Source: Octopus vulgaris (Eukaryota). From it: 64,000 bases of DNA. The stretch spans positions 121,706,001-121,770,000 of the forward strand of contig OX597816.1 in NCBI GenBank assembly GCA_951406725.2. Reading direction: 5' to 3'. Positions 26,592-41,500 of the stretch are shown in pieces. The position numbers and the translations under genes were made by a program. Within the stretch, counting starts at the first letter, position 1; each line of letters begins with the position of its first letter. The notes under the pieces were generated by a model. It did no database searches. It had not been told where the DNA came from and worked only from the letters and a program-made list of their open reading frames with translations.

Positions 26592-29500
26592 GTACGACGG
26601 GCTTCTTTCAGTTTCCGTCTACCAAATCCACTTACAAGGCTTTAGTCGGCCCGAGGCTATAGTAGAAGACACTTACCCAAGGTGCCACGCAGTGGGACTG
26701 AACCCGGAACCATGTGGTTCGTAAGCAAGCTACTTTATTTCATTTTATTTGCCATAAAGGCAGTATACAGAGTAGCTGCAGGCTAGACAAGACATTAATG
26801 AGGCGAATGATATGCGAGCGTGACCTTAGGCATCACTGTCAGTAGTGATTTGCGTTGGACAAAGCATATCTCTAAAATTGTCAAGAAGGCCGAGGGTGTC
26901 TTGGCATCACTCAGCAAGACTTTTGTTAGCCGCTCTCCAGCCATCTATTTAAAACTGTATACAGCTATGGTACGACCACACTTGGAATTCGCATCATCAG
27001 TTTGGAACCCCTATCTTGCTCAGAACATTGACCTCCTGGAATCTGTCCAGAGACGTGCAACCAAACGCATACCCTCCATCAGACACACACCTACCATATT
27101 CTGAGGGCCTTGTTTCCCTGGGCATGGATTCACTGAAGCTCCGGCGTCTGGTGACGGACTTGGTAAACACCCACAAAGTTATCAACCACCTCTCCAACAA
27201 CAACACTGAACACCTTTTTGATCTCCATGTGTCTAACACATGTGGGCATGCCTACAAAGTCAGAAAACAACACAGCTCCCATGACTTTCGGAAACATTTT
27301 TTCACGCTCAGAGTTGCTGAAGCATGGAATAAACTGCCTGCATCAGTTGTTGACTGCCATGACACTGCATCCTTTAAGGCCCTCATGCTTTCCGAAATCT
27401 GCCGAAACTACACCTGATTATATATACACTTTAGATGAGTTGTAGTGCACCTGAGCACTGTACACAATTATTATTATTATTATTATTATTATTAATAGAT
27501 GATAAAGATGGGAGAAGACAGAAAGCACCTGCCGCCCCCCTGCTTCTCTAAAACATTGTTCGTTAAAAAACAACATATATAGAAGTATAAAACCTCTTAC
27601 AAATATATAGAAAAAATTGGACTAGAAGTCCATCGCAAAGGAAACAAATTTTATACATATGGAGGCGATAAACCTCTTACATTATTCCCTCAATTAACTC
27701 TTTTGCGGCCTGCAGGTATTCCTGCAACCACCAATCGGAGCCCCAAAGAAGTAATCTGTATTCCTCCTTTGGGAAGGATCTTAACCTGTGGAAAAAATCT
27801 TTTCTTTCCAGTACCAGTGCAGCCACCTGTGAAGGCCATTCTGGACTGTCAATAAAAATCGGGCCCATCAGAACCTGACTATCAAGATTATTGTCCACAT
27901 ACTCCTCAATCGCCCCTCCCTTGCGAAAGCGGAATACAAATTCCTCATCACTTTCATTGAGAGGGACCTCAACTACCTCGCTTGGTGGCACACATCCCAC
28001 CGACAAGGTTTCCTTCTTCTCCCCGTCCGGTAGCACACATCCCACTGAAGGGATTTTGGGACATGCTGTCATCAGCAATGCCCTGTTTTTCTTTTTCTTC
28101 TTTCTTTTCCTCTTTGTGACAGGAGGGTGGAGTTCCTTCGACATGTCCAGAGGTCCCTCTTCCCCTCCCGCCACGTCAGGGTCCATTGGTGGCAACCATT
28201 GTTGCCCACCTTCTTTCTCTTAGTACCTTTTCTCAAGGAGGTTATCTCCTCCTCTCCCTCAAATGAAGGAGCAGGAGGCTCCGTTGGGGGAACAGTGGGT
28301 TTACAATAATCAATCAACTGTTTCAGGACCTTCATCTGGTCACGGCAACAGTTCTTCATCATGTGCCCTGATTCCAGGCACAGGTGACACTTGCGGGGAG
28401 GGGCGTCCCTCAATGATCACCGGGTGCCTGGAACCAGCCATTGTCAAGAAATCTGGTAAATCCAGATCTTCGGCCGATTGGGCCCATAGGGTCAAAATTG
28501 CTTTTGATCCGACCCAATCGACTGCAGGCAGTATTTTTACATTCAAGAGCCTGGCAGGGCCACTACCCAGGCCTCGACGGATAGAATCTTCTATCCATTC
28601 AGCCTCTATACCAAGCGGCAGCCCACACACCCAGGCTCTAGTCAATTTACACTCACCATAAGTGAGGAGAAACAAAATCTTCCTCCCAACTATAAGTTGG
28701 CTTGCAAATTTTTGAGCCTCCGTAGGGGTATCAAAAAGCACACACACCGTTGCGTACTTTGCATCCCTATGGATGAACCTATAAGTTGGCACAAATCCCA
28801 CCAACTCTTATGCAGTTTCACTCTGAGGGAATACATAGATGGTGTCGCAGACCTTGCAATAGATCTGCAATAACACTGTTCTCTCATCATAGTTTTTTAA
28901 CCACTTCTTGGGGGCCACAATTCGCCACTCCAGGGCTTTCTTACATTTGGTTGCCATTAATAAAATAAACTAAAATATAAAAGTCCATAACAAAATCAAA
29001 AATGTTCAAATAAAAGTCTCTAATGCAAACACAAAAAAGAGCAGAAAGTCAGACAAGAGAAAAAGAACAAAGGAAGACAGTTCAAATGACAACAAAATTC
29101 AACTTTGGTAATCCTTTTTAGCACAGTTAAAAATCCCTTACAGCACAAAAATAGCAGCAAAAAATTTCTGGTTGTACACCAAATGTTAAAATACTCCAAA
29201 TGGTAAAATTCTGGTTGTACTCATAAATTTCCGGAAGGACACACCTCCCGAAAACACACACAATTCTCACTAAAAAGTGAGTCTTTTAGTACAACCACTG
29301 GCAAACAAATGTCTGGAACACAGTGGAGACCCTTGTTCAAAAAGAAAATAATAACCATATGGACGATGGACTTGGTAGCAGTAAGCAAGCTACTTACCAC
29401 ACAGCCACTCCTACGCCTATATGCAATTATTTTGCGAACTTAAATTCAAACACTTAGTTTTAAATAACTGCATGAAGAAGAGTTTATGTAACATGAATAA

Positions 29501-32500
29501 TTTCTCTAATTTGTTTTGAACTGTAAATTTAAAGTTTTATTTTTTATTACCTCCTCAGTAGATAACCTGCTAATTAATAGCTCTTACATGATAATTCAGT
29601 CTTTAACATCTTAGTTTACTTTTGAAAAAAATTAGTTTTCTTTACTTGGTGAATTAGTTGGAGTTAGATATGGTATCTATAATGTTTTGAGTCATATTTG
29701 GTAAAACATCAATAACAATTTGTGTAAATGATTAAATTAGTATAAACCTCCAAGTCAGCCAAACTTGTTTTAACTGATATATTTAGCCTATTAATAGAAG
29801 GGTTTCTTTAATCATTAATTTTCGACTGTTCACATTGTATTTTTCATCTTATGGTGAAAAGACCATATATGAAATTTGCTTTGTCTTTGGTGGTTTCATT
29901 TCATTCATGGAATTGAAAATGATATACTTGAAAATCTTGTTTTCCCTTTCTGTTATCTTTCTCTTGCATAAGAAGTTTTTTGACTGGATACACAAGCTCA
30001 TAAAATCTGTTATAAACCCTGTAAAAATATTGATATTTAAAAATTGTCACTACAAGTTTAAAATTGACTGAAACTAATGCTTTTTGAATCAGGCAACATA
30101 TTAAGTTTATTCATTTGTAACTTCTGTAATTTGTAGTGTTACCTTGGAATATTGCTCTAAAGTTAAACTGTTTATAGATTCCTCTCCTTGTATATTTTCA
30201 GCCAGACTCTTACAATATGACAGTATCATATGGGATTTAGGTTTCATTTCTCAAGGCTAAAGAAAATGGTAATCTTTCCAGCAAATATAGCTAATGTTAC
30301 TGTAAAACAAAAACAAAAAAAAGTTTATTGAAGAAGATAAAAGACTGATTAACTTGCTGGTAACTAATGAAGGTAATGCATGTGTTTACATGTTCATGGC
30401 TTGCAAATGCTATATACACCTGGTATATACTAAATCTGTCATTTCAATATACCACATGAGACAGGTCCATAGCAAAAGGGATTTCTCTCATCTGCAGAAC
30501 TTGATGTATAAGAACTGCAGACATTTTGTGAAGCTGATAAGAAATAGGTGTGTCACTGTCTGTCCAATGATTACAATTGTTCCAGCTGATTAAATTCTCT
30601 GATGTCAGAACCAGAGTAATAAAGTAATCCAAACTCAAAAGAATAACAATTATGAATCACTTATATTATTTAAAATTTCAATCTCAAGCACACTTTGTCA
30701 CATGATTATATTATCCTTCATGTGTATATACTGAAAGTTGTTACAAACATGAACTATGTCTCCTAAATTCTACATTTCTGGGAAAATAATTTTGAATACA
30801 TAACCTAGGTCTGATCTCTCCATTTACAAGAATGTATGAAAAGTGAAACATAAATCCAATACGATACTGCTGTATTTTAAGGTTTCTGGACGAACTATAC
30901 AAGAAAAGGAATCTGTAGACAATTTAACATCAGAGCAATATTTAAAAGAAATGGATGGACATCCCAAATGGAAGAACTTAAAACATTTTAAATATGATGG
31001 ACTTAAAGGATGAGAATTAAAGAGGCCTGGAAGTTTCCAGTTACGAGAAAATTTATAGTTTTATGTATGTAGAGGATGATAAACCACTATGGGATGAGAT
31101 GCACTATAGTATAAACTAAAAAAATATTAAAAGAACCTGATCAATAAGCTCAGCTCAGACTTCATTTTAATAGGATTGCTTTTATCAGAATATGCTTAAT
31201 CATACTATACAGACATTTTGTCTATGAACACATTATCATCATCGTTTAACGTCCGCTTTCAATGCTAGCATGGGTTGGACGATTTGACTGAGGACTGGCG
31301 AACCAGATGGCTGCACCAGGCTCCAATCTTGATCTGGCAGAGTTTCTACAGCTGGATGCCCTTCCTAATGCCAGCTGCTCTGAGAGTGTAGTGGGTGCTT
31401 TTACGTGCCACCGGCATGAGGGCCAGTCAGGTGGTACTGGCAACAACCACAAAAAAATCATGTTTTTTTATGTGCCACCTGCACACCGGCACAAGTGCCA
31501 GTAAGGCAAGGCTGGTAACGGTCACACTTGAATGGTGCTTTTTATGTGCCACTGGCACAAACGCCAGTAGAATAATGAAACTTTGAGCTACAATTTTTTT
31601 TCGATTTAACTTTATATAGAAATGACACTTTAGGTGAATGGAGTATATTGTATGTATGTGTGTATATATATATATATACACCATTTAAAATTTAATTTAA
31701 ATCAATATATACAAGAGGTAAAAATGTGTCAAGTCTGTATTTATCTTAATGTACAAAGGTAACTTGAAATTTGCTTGGTAAAAATCTCGCACATCATCTG
31801 TATTACGTATAAGATTTACAGTTCCAGTTTTAGTTTATACTAGATAACTCTTAAACATTGCTTCTCAACTTTTGTCTTTATTGCAAATATGAATAATATT
31901 TTTGGTGCCTCAGAGCCAAATCATAGATGAAATTAATATTAGTCATTGTAACCTTGGATACTAAGAACCTATTTACCATCTTAGACAATATTAAGTATTC
32001 TACATAACTGCATTTTAAATGGATAATATGACTATAGTAATTAAAATGTGATGTGACAGCTTGGCTTTGCCACACTTTCAAATATTAAACTATTGTCAGC
32101 ATGTGAGAGCAAACATCTTAGTTCTATCTGGTAAACATGTTATGATTATCTCTGTTATATGTTTTGAAATATCTGCCATACATTTAAGAAAAAGCAAGTC
32201 ATTATTTGAGATTTGAACTGTCATAACATTTATGAAATTTATAGATAAACCAACCCAGATACAAGACAATAGACATTGGCAGAAGTTAACATAAGCCTCA
32301 TTTTAAACTGTGCAAATTTCACAAAGGTGACTGCTAGAAAGCAGTGAATAGGAAATTTGCTGATCTCAAACCTGTACTGACTCCCCACTGTAGAATACAC
32401 CCTCTTCATTATTCTCTTGTAGTAATAGGATACAATAATCTAAAAATATTCTACTGAAGTATTAATTTTACAGTGACTAAATATGAAACACATTCTTGTT

Positions 32501-35500
32501 GCTATGACCAATTTATGGAGTTGATTCAATAAATGTATGTTGAATTAGAAGTTGATGTTGTACCAGCCCCACAACTAAACACTTAGTGGTAAACAGCTCT
32601 ACTAACAATAATGACTGCCAAATTTCCACACCCATATGTCAGTGCCATTGAAAACTATGTGATTAGCTGAGTTGTTACTTTGCATTTATAGAGTTTTCTT
32701 CTTGCTGGGGGAATAAAAAAATTGATCCATTCCACAAACTTTTAACTACAGTTAAGCAAAGCCTTGGAAGTTATTAGTATGTTATTACCTTAAATGTGTC
32801 ACAAACCAACAAAGATTTGATTTTTCTAGTGATGTAACAGTGATGGTGCATAGCCAGGTGGTTGCACTCATGATTGCTAGATTATGGGTTTGTTTCCTGG
32901 ACCAGGTGACATGTGTTTTTGAGCTAAACACTTCATTTCATGTTACTCTAGTACTGTGTGGGGACTGGCATGTCAAAGAATAGACCCAGTATTTCTTCTG
33001 CGTCATAAAAGGTGACTAAAAAAGGTTGAGGAAGGATTTGCACTCTATCAGCAATAACTATCCAAACAGACTCATGTGTTAGAGGGTTGTTGCTTTAGTT
33101 TTGCTAAGGTGTCATCCCCTAGGAGTAGGGACTCCCCAACAAATAGTGAATGCTACAATGCAGTGTTATGGCACATACTCCCAAACTACTACTTCTAATA
33201 GTGCTTGTAATACTGTAAATTCAAACCAGACTCATAGCTTTGGAAGACCTAGGTAACAAAGGAGCTTCTATGATATCACTTGGTCTGCTAGAAATGGCAG
33301 CCGAATGACCCTCCATGTACATTACCACCTTTAAAAAGAGGACTCATTGGATAATATACTCTTAGATACAATTAAAAAAAACTTGATGGTCACAGCTGAA
33401 ATATCTTTGATCATAGGCCTTGAATTGAACAACAACCATAGCTATAGAGAAATGTAGACATACAACCTTTACTCAAATACTTTTGTGAACATTAAAGCAT
33501 AAGAGAAATGATTTTCTGTATTAACAAAGCCATGATATTCCTGACTAACAATTCCCAACAACAAATAAAAAAAAAATGACCAGCCTAAACTTACCACCTA
33601 CCTACATTCTTTTATAAAAAAAAGTTGACACACCTAATTACCAAGCACTAAAATACTAGAGTTTGTACCATTGACCTTCACTTTCAAAGTGAAATTATTA
33701 AATCCAATAATACCAAAAACAACAAAAATACGCTTACACCTTGAGCCTACCTAACAAAAGAGAAATCCTTACAGACTTGTTTACAAAGTTTTACATACAT
33801 GAATAAATTTTAAGCAATAACATAACCCTGATCAATTAAAATTTATCCAAAAACAATTCCCCATAACAACCAACCATAAAAACCTAATGACCACTGCACT
33901 CAAACCCACACACCCAAGGAAGATTTTAACTCAACAGAGACTATATAAAGGCAAGACTAACTCCAATGCATCACAGTCCAATGATAGCTTAGCTGGCCAA
34001 AACTTTGAAGTCACTGTCAAATACACACTTGTTTAAGAGTGTGTGCCAGTATGGCTGTATGGCTAAGAAAGCTTACTTCCTAATCATGTGGTTTGGGGCT
34101 CAGTCCCACTATGCTGCATCTTTTTGCAAGTGTCTATTACTATAAGTCCTAAGCTGACATTAGCCTTGTGAGTTGATTTGGTAGACTGAAACTGTAAGAA
34201 GCATGTGTGTATTTGTATGTACCATTGACTTGACATCAGGTGATGGTTGTAAATGAATGCCACAATCATATGATTAATGTAATTCATTTCTAGTCTTCCA
34301 TAAAAAGCATATCTGGCCATGGAGAAATATTGCCTTGCTTGGAAATAGGTGAAGGATGTGACAGGAAGGCCATGTGACCATAGAAAATCTCCCTCAACAA
34401 ATTCTCTCTGACCCATACAAGTGCAGGAAAAAAGGACATTAAAACAGTGTTGCTGCTGCTGATATATTATAGATGCAGGTATGACTGTGTGGTTTAGAAA
34501 TTTGATTCCCAATCATGTAGTTTTGGGTTCAATCCTACTGCATAGTACCATGGTCAAATGTCTTCTATATAGCCCCAGGTTGATCAAAACCTTACGAGTA
34601 GATTTAGTTGACAGAAACCAAAAGTTCCTTGTAATATATATGTATGTGTTTGATTCTTTTTTCTCAGTAAATTGTAAGCTACAATTTAGAGAAGTGTTAG
34701 TGACAAGAATGGCATCCAGCTGTAAAAACAATACCTTAGAAATATATCTATCTAACTCATGGTAGCATGGAAACATGGACATAAACACAAATGAGAAAAT
34801 AATTATATATTTACTTTTTCCGACTAGTTCCAGTTTTAGTACAAGAATATTGGCTTGGTTAGAGAAAAACAGGCAGCATCCAGGCTTGGAGGTTGGGGAT
34901 TGCTGCCTTAAGAAGCAGAGCTTTAAAATTTATACTTATCTTCAGGTTAGGAATCTAGTGTAGTTGCTTTCATCATAGTGGACTCTGCTAAAGGTACCCA
35001 AAAGGCAAGTAGTGGTTTGAAACAAAGTGAGGGAGTGATTGTGCCAATCAAAAATAGGTGCAGTCCTGTAGACTACTACACTGATTCTCTCAACCCATTT
35101 TCAATTGGATTGCTTCAGGTAACCATTGTTAAAGTACAAAATGCTTAAGTTACTGTACAATAGGATCCAACACAGAACCTTGTGATTGCAAAGCAAGTTT
35201 TTATGTACAAAGCTATTTAGCCACAGAGGAAAGCTTCAGCTTCACTTAAATGTATATACTCTATATATTAAATAGAGTGGCCTAGTGGTTAGAGCAGCAG
35301 ACTCGCGGTCAAAGGATTGCGGGTTCGAATCTCAGGCCGGGCGATGTGTGTGTTTATGAGCGAAACACCTAAGCTCCACACGGCTCTGGCAGAAGGTAAT
35401 AGTGAACTTCTGCTGACTCTTTCGCCACAACTTTCTCTCACTCTTTCCTCCTGCATCTTGCAGCTCACCTGCGATGGACCGGCGTCCCGTCCAGGTGGGA

Positions 35501-38500
35501 AACCTATACGCCAAGGAAACCGGGAAACCGGCCCTTATGAGCCAGGCATGGCTCGAGAAGGAACAAACAACAAACAATATATTAAATACTTCTTATTTAT
35601 AAAATTAAACACACATATTTTGTGTATGTGTATTAAATTGTCTATATAATAACATTATAGTATGTTCTTATCTAACTACCTTTTCAAAGGTGAAAGAAAA
35701 AGAAAGCCATAAAAAAAGAAGGGAAAATAAGAGATGATAGATGGTGGTGATCATGATGTTAATTTGTTGTTTGTTGTTAGCAGTCCTGGTTGTGTTGGTG
35801 TCAGCCATGTCAATTGTTGTAAGGCGACAGAATGAAAAAATTCAGTTCACAAAAATTGTTTGCCATTATTTCTTTACTACTTATAAAAACTACCATGACT
35901 ATCTCCATTAACTAACACCATACCATCATCACCACCACAACAAACTATTACAGTTCTTATTGTATGTGCAAATATGTGTGTGTGTGATTATACATCTATG
36001 GATTCTGCAGCATTTCATTTTGTTCTTTTTTCCTGTCTTTCACTGTTACCACCTCAACTAACACCTGTTAAAACTTATCTCTTATTTTTTCCTGTATCCC
36101 TCTGTTTTGCCTGCCATTTGCTCTTGTCTTCTCCATAATAAGAACAAAGTTCCCCAGTTCAGTAACAAAAGCCTTGGAATTCCCATGGGTTTTGCTTATA
36201 AGACTTATTTGAAGACTTTTGTAGTGAAATCAGATATCAGTGAAGAAGGGCAAATTGGAAATAAGTATGAATGGATGTAAATATAATTAGGAAGCCTAAA
36301 AAGAAACCCAGATAAGCGAAAAATGTTATTGAAAATTGAAGTGCACTTTCAGGATAAGATTCAGGTCATAAGCTTATAGTTAGTGACAATTGGGTAAGAA
36401 AATATAAGTTATTCATAACTGAAGTGAAGAACAAGTAAAATTTTGCTTTGATATAGCTAAAATTAACCTAAGCAGTGTGATAGTCAAAAAGAAATATGTT
36501 GAAGGTAAAAGTAAATTAAGAATAGTAGTCCAAAAATTACGTTTGTGTCAACATAGAAGGATTAACATGGCAACATTAATTATAGTGATATCACTTATTT
36601 AGGAAAGTAATTGCATTCTTATAATGGCTTATTAATGCTTCTGTTTGCATAAAGCTCATTGCTTAAGATACAACCAATACAAAATGTTTCTAATTGAGTG
36701 CTAATAGCACATTTGGTTCAGAACTTCATTTAAACATTTCAATTGAAGATTGACTGAATTGACTGTTTACTGTTAATTAAAGAGGTCACAGGTTTGTTTC
36801 ATTTGAATGCAATATTCAGCTTTCTGAATGGAATTTACAATTTTATTATTAAAAGAAATCATTATTAAAAAGATTAAATTTTGTATTTAGCATTTTCTAT
36901 ATTTCATATTATTTTTATTGACAATTTAGCAGAGACATGTACATATGGATATTTCTTATATTTATAGATTTCAATCATAAATAAAGTATTGTATTTCCTT
37001 TTGGTAATATATTGTTTGTTTGATAAAATTTAATTATTTTATCACATTGTAACTTAAATGTATGAGTAAACTAATTTAATGATTATAACTTTTTTTTTTT
37101 GTACTAACATGGACAGTACATCACCACTTGTTTCAGTCCTTTGTCATTTTGTCTCAGAGTTCCTATGTCATTGACTGTGACCTTGTAATTTTTCACCATA
37201 TATTTGGTTTTCCTCTACTGTAGGTACCTTCTCTTATCACAACAATATTCTTTTATCTAGCACTCTTCATCCATTAACTTTCAACATCTATCATATGTAA
37301 ACACTGTCTATCTGATATTCTTTTGATAAAGGCTTTTAATGCCTAGTTATTCTCTCAACTTGCATGTACTCCACCATTTATGCATATTAGCATTAGGTCT
37401 TTAATGGATCATGTATAACTAACTTTTCTCCAGATTACACTAGTCTTCCACATTCAGTGATGCGTCTTTCTATCATACAGTATCACACTTATATATACTT
37501 TATACTATCTACCTTTTGAATGGAAGATAGGAATACTTTGTTGTCAACATCTTGAACTTCATTTCTCAATCATTCTTCTGTATTCCGGCAAGTATTTTTC
37601 CATAAGCCACCTATAGTACTAATTAGCAGAAACTATCATACATAGTGAACTGTCTGAACTTTATTTTCATCATCATCATCGTTTAACGTCCGCTTTCCAT
37701 GCTAGCATGGGTTGGACGGTTCAACTGGGGTCTGGGAAGCCCGAAGGCTGCACCAGGCCAGTCAGATGTGGCAGTGTTTCTACAGCTGGATGCCCTTCCT
37801 AACGCCAACCACTCCGAGAGTGTAGTGGGTGATTTTATGTGCCACCGACACAGGTGCCAGACGAGGCTGGCAGACGGCCACGCTCGGATGGTGTTTTTTA
37901 TGTGCCACCGACACAGGTGCCAGACGAGGCTGGCAGACGGCCACGCTCGGATGGTGTTTTCTTATGTGTCACCGACACAGGTGCCAGACGAGGCTGGCGG
38001 ACGGCCACGCTCGGATGGTGTTTGTTACGTGCCCTCAGCACGGAGGCCAGTCATTGCGGTACTGGCTACGGTCACGTTCGGATGGTTTTCTTATGTGCCA
38101 CCGGCACTGGTACCACAAGGATACAAATTCCATTGATGTTCATCTATTTTGATTTGGTTCGATTTGATTCGATACGATTCGATTCTCACTTGCCTCAACA
38201 GGTCTTCACAAGTGTCACAAGAAGGAAGGTATGCACAGGTGGACTGACTACGTCCCAGGTAGGGGCCACGGATTATGGCTTCACTAGTCTTGCCGGGTCT
38301 TCTCACGCACAGCATACTTCCATAGGTCTCGGTCTCTAGTCATTTCCATGGTGAGACCTAACGTCCGAAGGTCGTGCTTCACCACCTCGTCCCAGGTTTT
38401 CCTGGGTCTACCTCTTCCACGGGTTCCCTCAACTGCTAGGGATTGGCACTTTCTCACACACCTATCTTCATCCATTCTCGCCACATGACCATACCAGCGC

Positions 38501-41500
38501 AATCGTCTCTCTTGCACACAACAACTGATGCTTCTTAGGTACAACATTTCTCTCAAGGTACTAACGCTCTGTCGAGTAAGTACACTGACATTACACATCC
38601 ATCGGAGCATACTGGCTTCGTTCCTCACGAGCTTACGCATGTCCTCAGCAGTCACGGCCCATGTTTCACTGCCATGTAGCATAGCTGTTCGTACACATGC
38701 ATCATACAGTCTGCCTTTTACTCTGAGCGAGAGGCCTTTAGATGCCAATTATTGCCAACTAGTCCTGTACATCTCTCACATCTCAAGTTCTTGTTCTTGA
38801 TCATGCTGCCAGAGATCCAACTGTACTTCCTTGTATGTCCATTATTTAAACTGAGTTAATAGCATCAGCTATTACATAGTGAGCCTTACATATTGAGGGA
38901 GGCCTCTTGATAGCACTGCAGTTTCATTAGTCTTCGATATATTTACCATTTTTAAGTTACTGGATTTTTGACAGTTCTTTCAGGTTTGGAATGTTATTTG
39001 CAACTCCTAAAGATTCTGCAATGAGAACCATGCTTTCAGCATATAAATATTCCCAAAGATATACATTATTTGTTCATTTTTCTCTTAATGTTTTCATGTT
39101 TATATTAATAGATAACCAGGCTTGTCTTCATAAGCTTTTAGTCACTAACCAGCATGTGGAATTTACATTGTTACTTTTCCACAGTACATATGTACCTGCT
39201 TAGACAAGATGAGCTTTTCTGCTATAATGAAAGAAACCCAGCTAGGAAGATTGGCACTCCAACATAAACCTTTCAAATATTTGTACAGAGTTGACAATAC
39301 TTCTTATGGTATGATGATAACATACTTTCTAAGAGAGTAATCAGTCTAAAATAAAATTGGTACAAGGTGGTGAGGATCTCTAATACTAGTGTTGTGAAAA
39401 AACTGTTATTGATGTTAGGAAGGGCATGTAGTAATAAACCTTTAGCCAAATAATAATGCAGTTCATTCATTGAATCACAGGGCAGAATTCCAAAATATTA
39501 TAGCACGTAACTGTACGAATGTGAATTAAACTTCTATTCATGTTCATAGTTGTATAAGTAGAAGTAATCTTTAGAGTGTACAGTTGTAAGATTAGATTAA
39601 GAAAAGAGCTAAGGATAAGAAATTTTGTTTCTCAGTCATGTCAGAATGCTAAAAAACTTGCTGTAAATATGTGTGATTATGATGAATTTTCTGTTAACAC
39701 AGTCAACAGCTACAAGGGAATGGATAGTGGTTTAGAACAATTCTTAGGGTCTTGAAGCTAATAGATTAGCTCATGAAATTTAAGAGAGAGTCAAAATAGA
39801 GTTAATGAATCGGATTGGAATTGATGCAAGGCAAGGAACCAAGGCTGTTGTGGCACTAATTGAGTTGTCCTCATGAATAACCATACAGCAGTCTTTGATA
39901 AGCAATAATAAATATAAGTCATATGTAGACTAAAATAGGGTCTAAGATCATATAGTCAGTAAAGAATTTCAGATTTAGATTATCTTTTATTTCAGTTTCT
40001 TCATTCTTTTTTCAAACTCTTACATTGAAATGTAAAACTAATTTTGGTGATTATAATCTATAGAGTCAAATGGCTTGAAAATGTGAGAGACTAAGACCCA
40101 GATTCTGTCCAAGTACTCTCTCAGTAGATACACAATTCTTAATTACAGACTGAGCAACTAATAATAAATTTATTTTTATATAATAAAAATACAAACTATA
40201 GAACTTTTTTTTTTTTGCTATAGGCATTACATAATTAAACCACCATGAATAACTGAAATTTGCAAACAATAGTTTTCTGGTGGTGGTTGTCAAAGTTCCA
40301 AAAATATTTTTATGAACCTATACTAATCAGTATTTTGAACATTTTGTTACATTAGATTATTGATAGTAAAGATTAAGTTTCTAATTACTAGTTTAGAATG
40401 AAAATACCTTTAATTGGTTAATAAAGCTTTTACCTTGTCAAGTTAGGTTAAAATAAACAGTAAGCACATTTGAAATTATTTTGAAAAGAATTCATTTCAG
40501 CATTCTCATCATTATACACGGTATATCATAAATCATTAGATTGGTACTACTTGGAATTAATGAATCCAGTTTGTTCTGTATACTTCCCACTATAAATTGA
40601 AATAGTCATCTTTCTTATTCAATAATTCAAATTTTAATTTTTTTTCTGTCCTTGAAACCACCACCATCATCATTTAGCATCCATATTTCTTGCCTGGATG
40701 GGCTGGATGGTTTAACAGGATCTGACAGGTCAGAGAACTGCATAGAGCTCCAATGTCCTTTTTGACATGGTTTTTATAACTGAATGCTCTTCCTAATGGC
40801 AACCATTTTAGAGAGCATATTGGGAGATTTTTCATCTTACCTGCACTTGTGAGGTTGCCATATAGCTTGCTAGACGAGATCCCTTGATTAAGGTGGATGT
40901 AGTGTTGAGGGAGGTTGCTCATGCCAGGCATTACGAGACAAGAGTATGATAGCTGGAAAGAGATGTCTGGTTGTTTGAGGAGATACATATCTACTCCAGC
41001 AAGCAAAGGAGAGAAGATTGTGATGTGTCAAGATGTACCCTCAAGGCACAAGAGAGTGACTGTGAAGGGGACAAAGACAGAGGAACAGATGATGGGGATA
41101 GGGATGGAGGATCAGGTAAGTTCACAAGAGTGTAAGGTGAGCAACAGATGGCTAGAGGTAGGAATATAGGTGATGCAGTAAATGGTAAACAAGGGAGTGG
41201 GTTGGTCTGATGTAAGATACTGTTTGTAATTATTTAGCCTGCACTTTGGCAGGATTCATGAACAATTGCAAAAGAAGCTAAAGTTCCTCAGTTAAAATGG
41301 GGTCACAGCTTTCAAACCTTGGGGTAAATAGTTTGTAAAAGCTTCAAACCTTAATTAAATTTGAGATTAGAGAAACAATGTTTTATTCATTCCTTACAGC
41401 AAATTATTTGTGAAAAGCTGAGAGAGATTTTTAAAATGAATCTGTTACAGTTGTAAGTATGTTCTATAATGAAAGGTATAATTCTTAATGTAAATTGGCA

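Larger units (their letters stand above)
26736..29380 (-). mobile_element. ORF1-only (HAL1-like) non-LTR element inserted in a SINE
   Basis: 15-bp TSD GTAAGCAAGCTACTT (26721-26735 / 29381-29395). Minus-strand 3' end with AATAAA at ~26736-26750. Single gag-like ORF; no RT on its own strand. Confidence 0.75.

Noticed and set aside
33470-33960. A/C-rich stretch possibly from a retroelement ORF (also 63000-63420)
   Set aside because: Too decayed to recover diagnostic motifs by eye.
37836-38110. CRISPR-like array
   Set aside because: Units are whole tandem repeats without unique spacers, inside a eukaryotic LINE 3'UTR; no cas genes.
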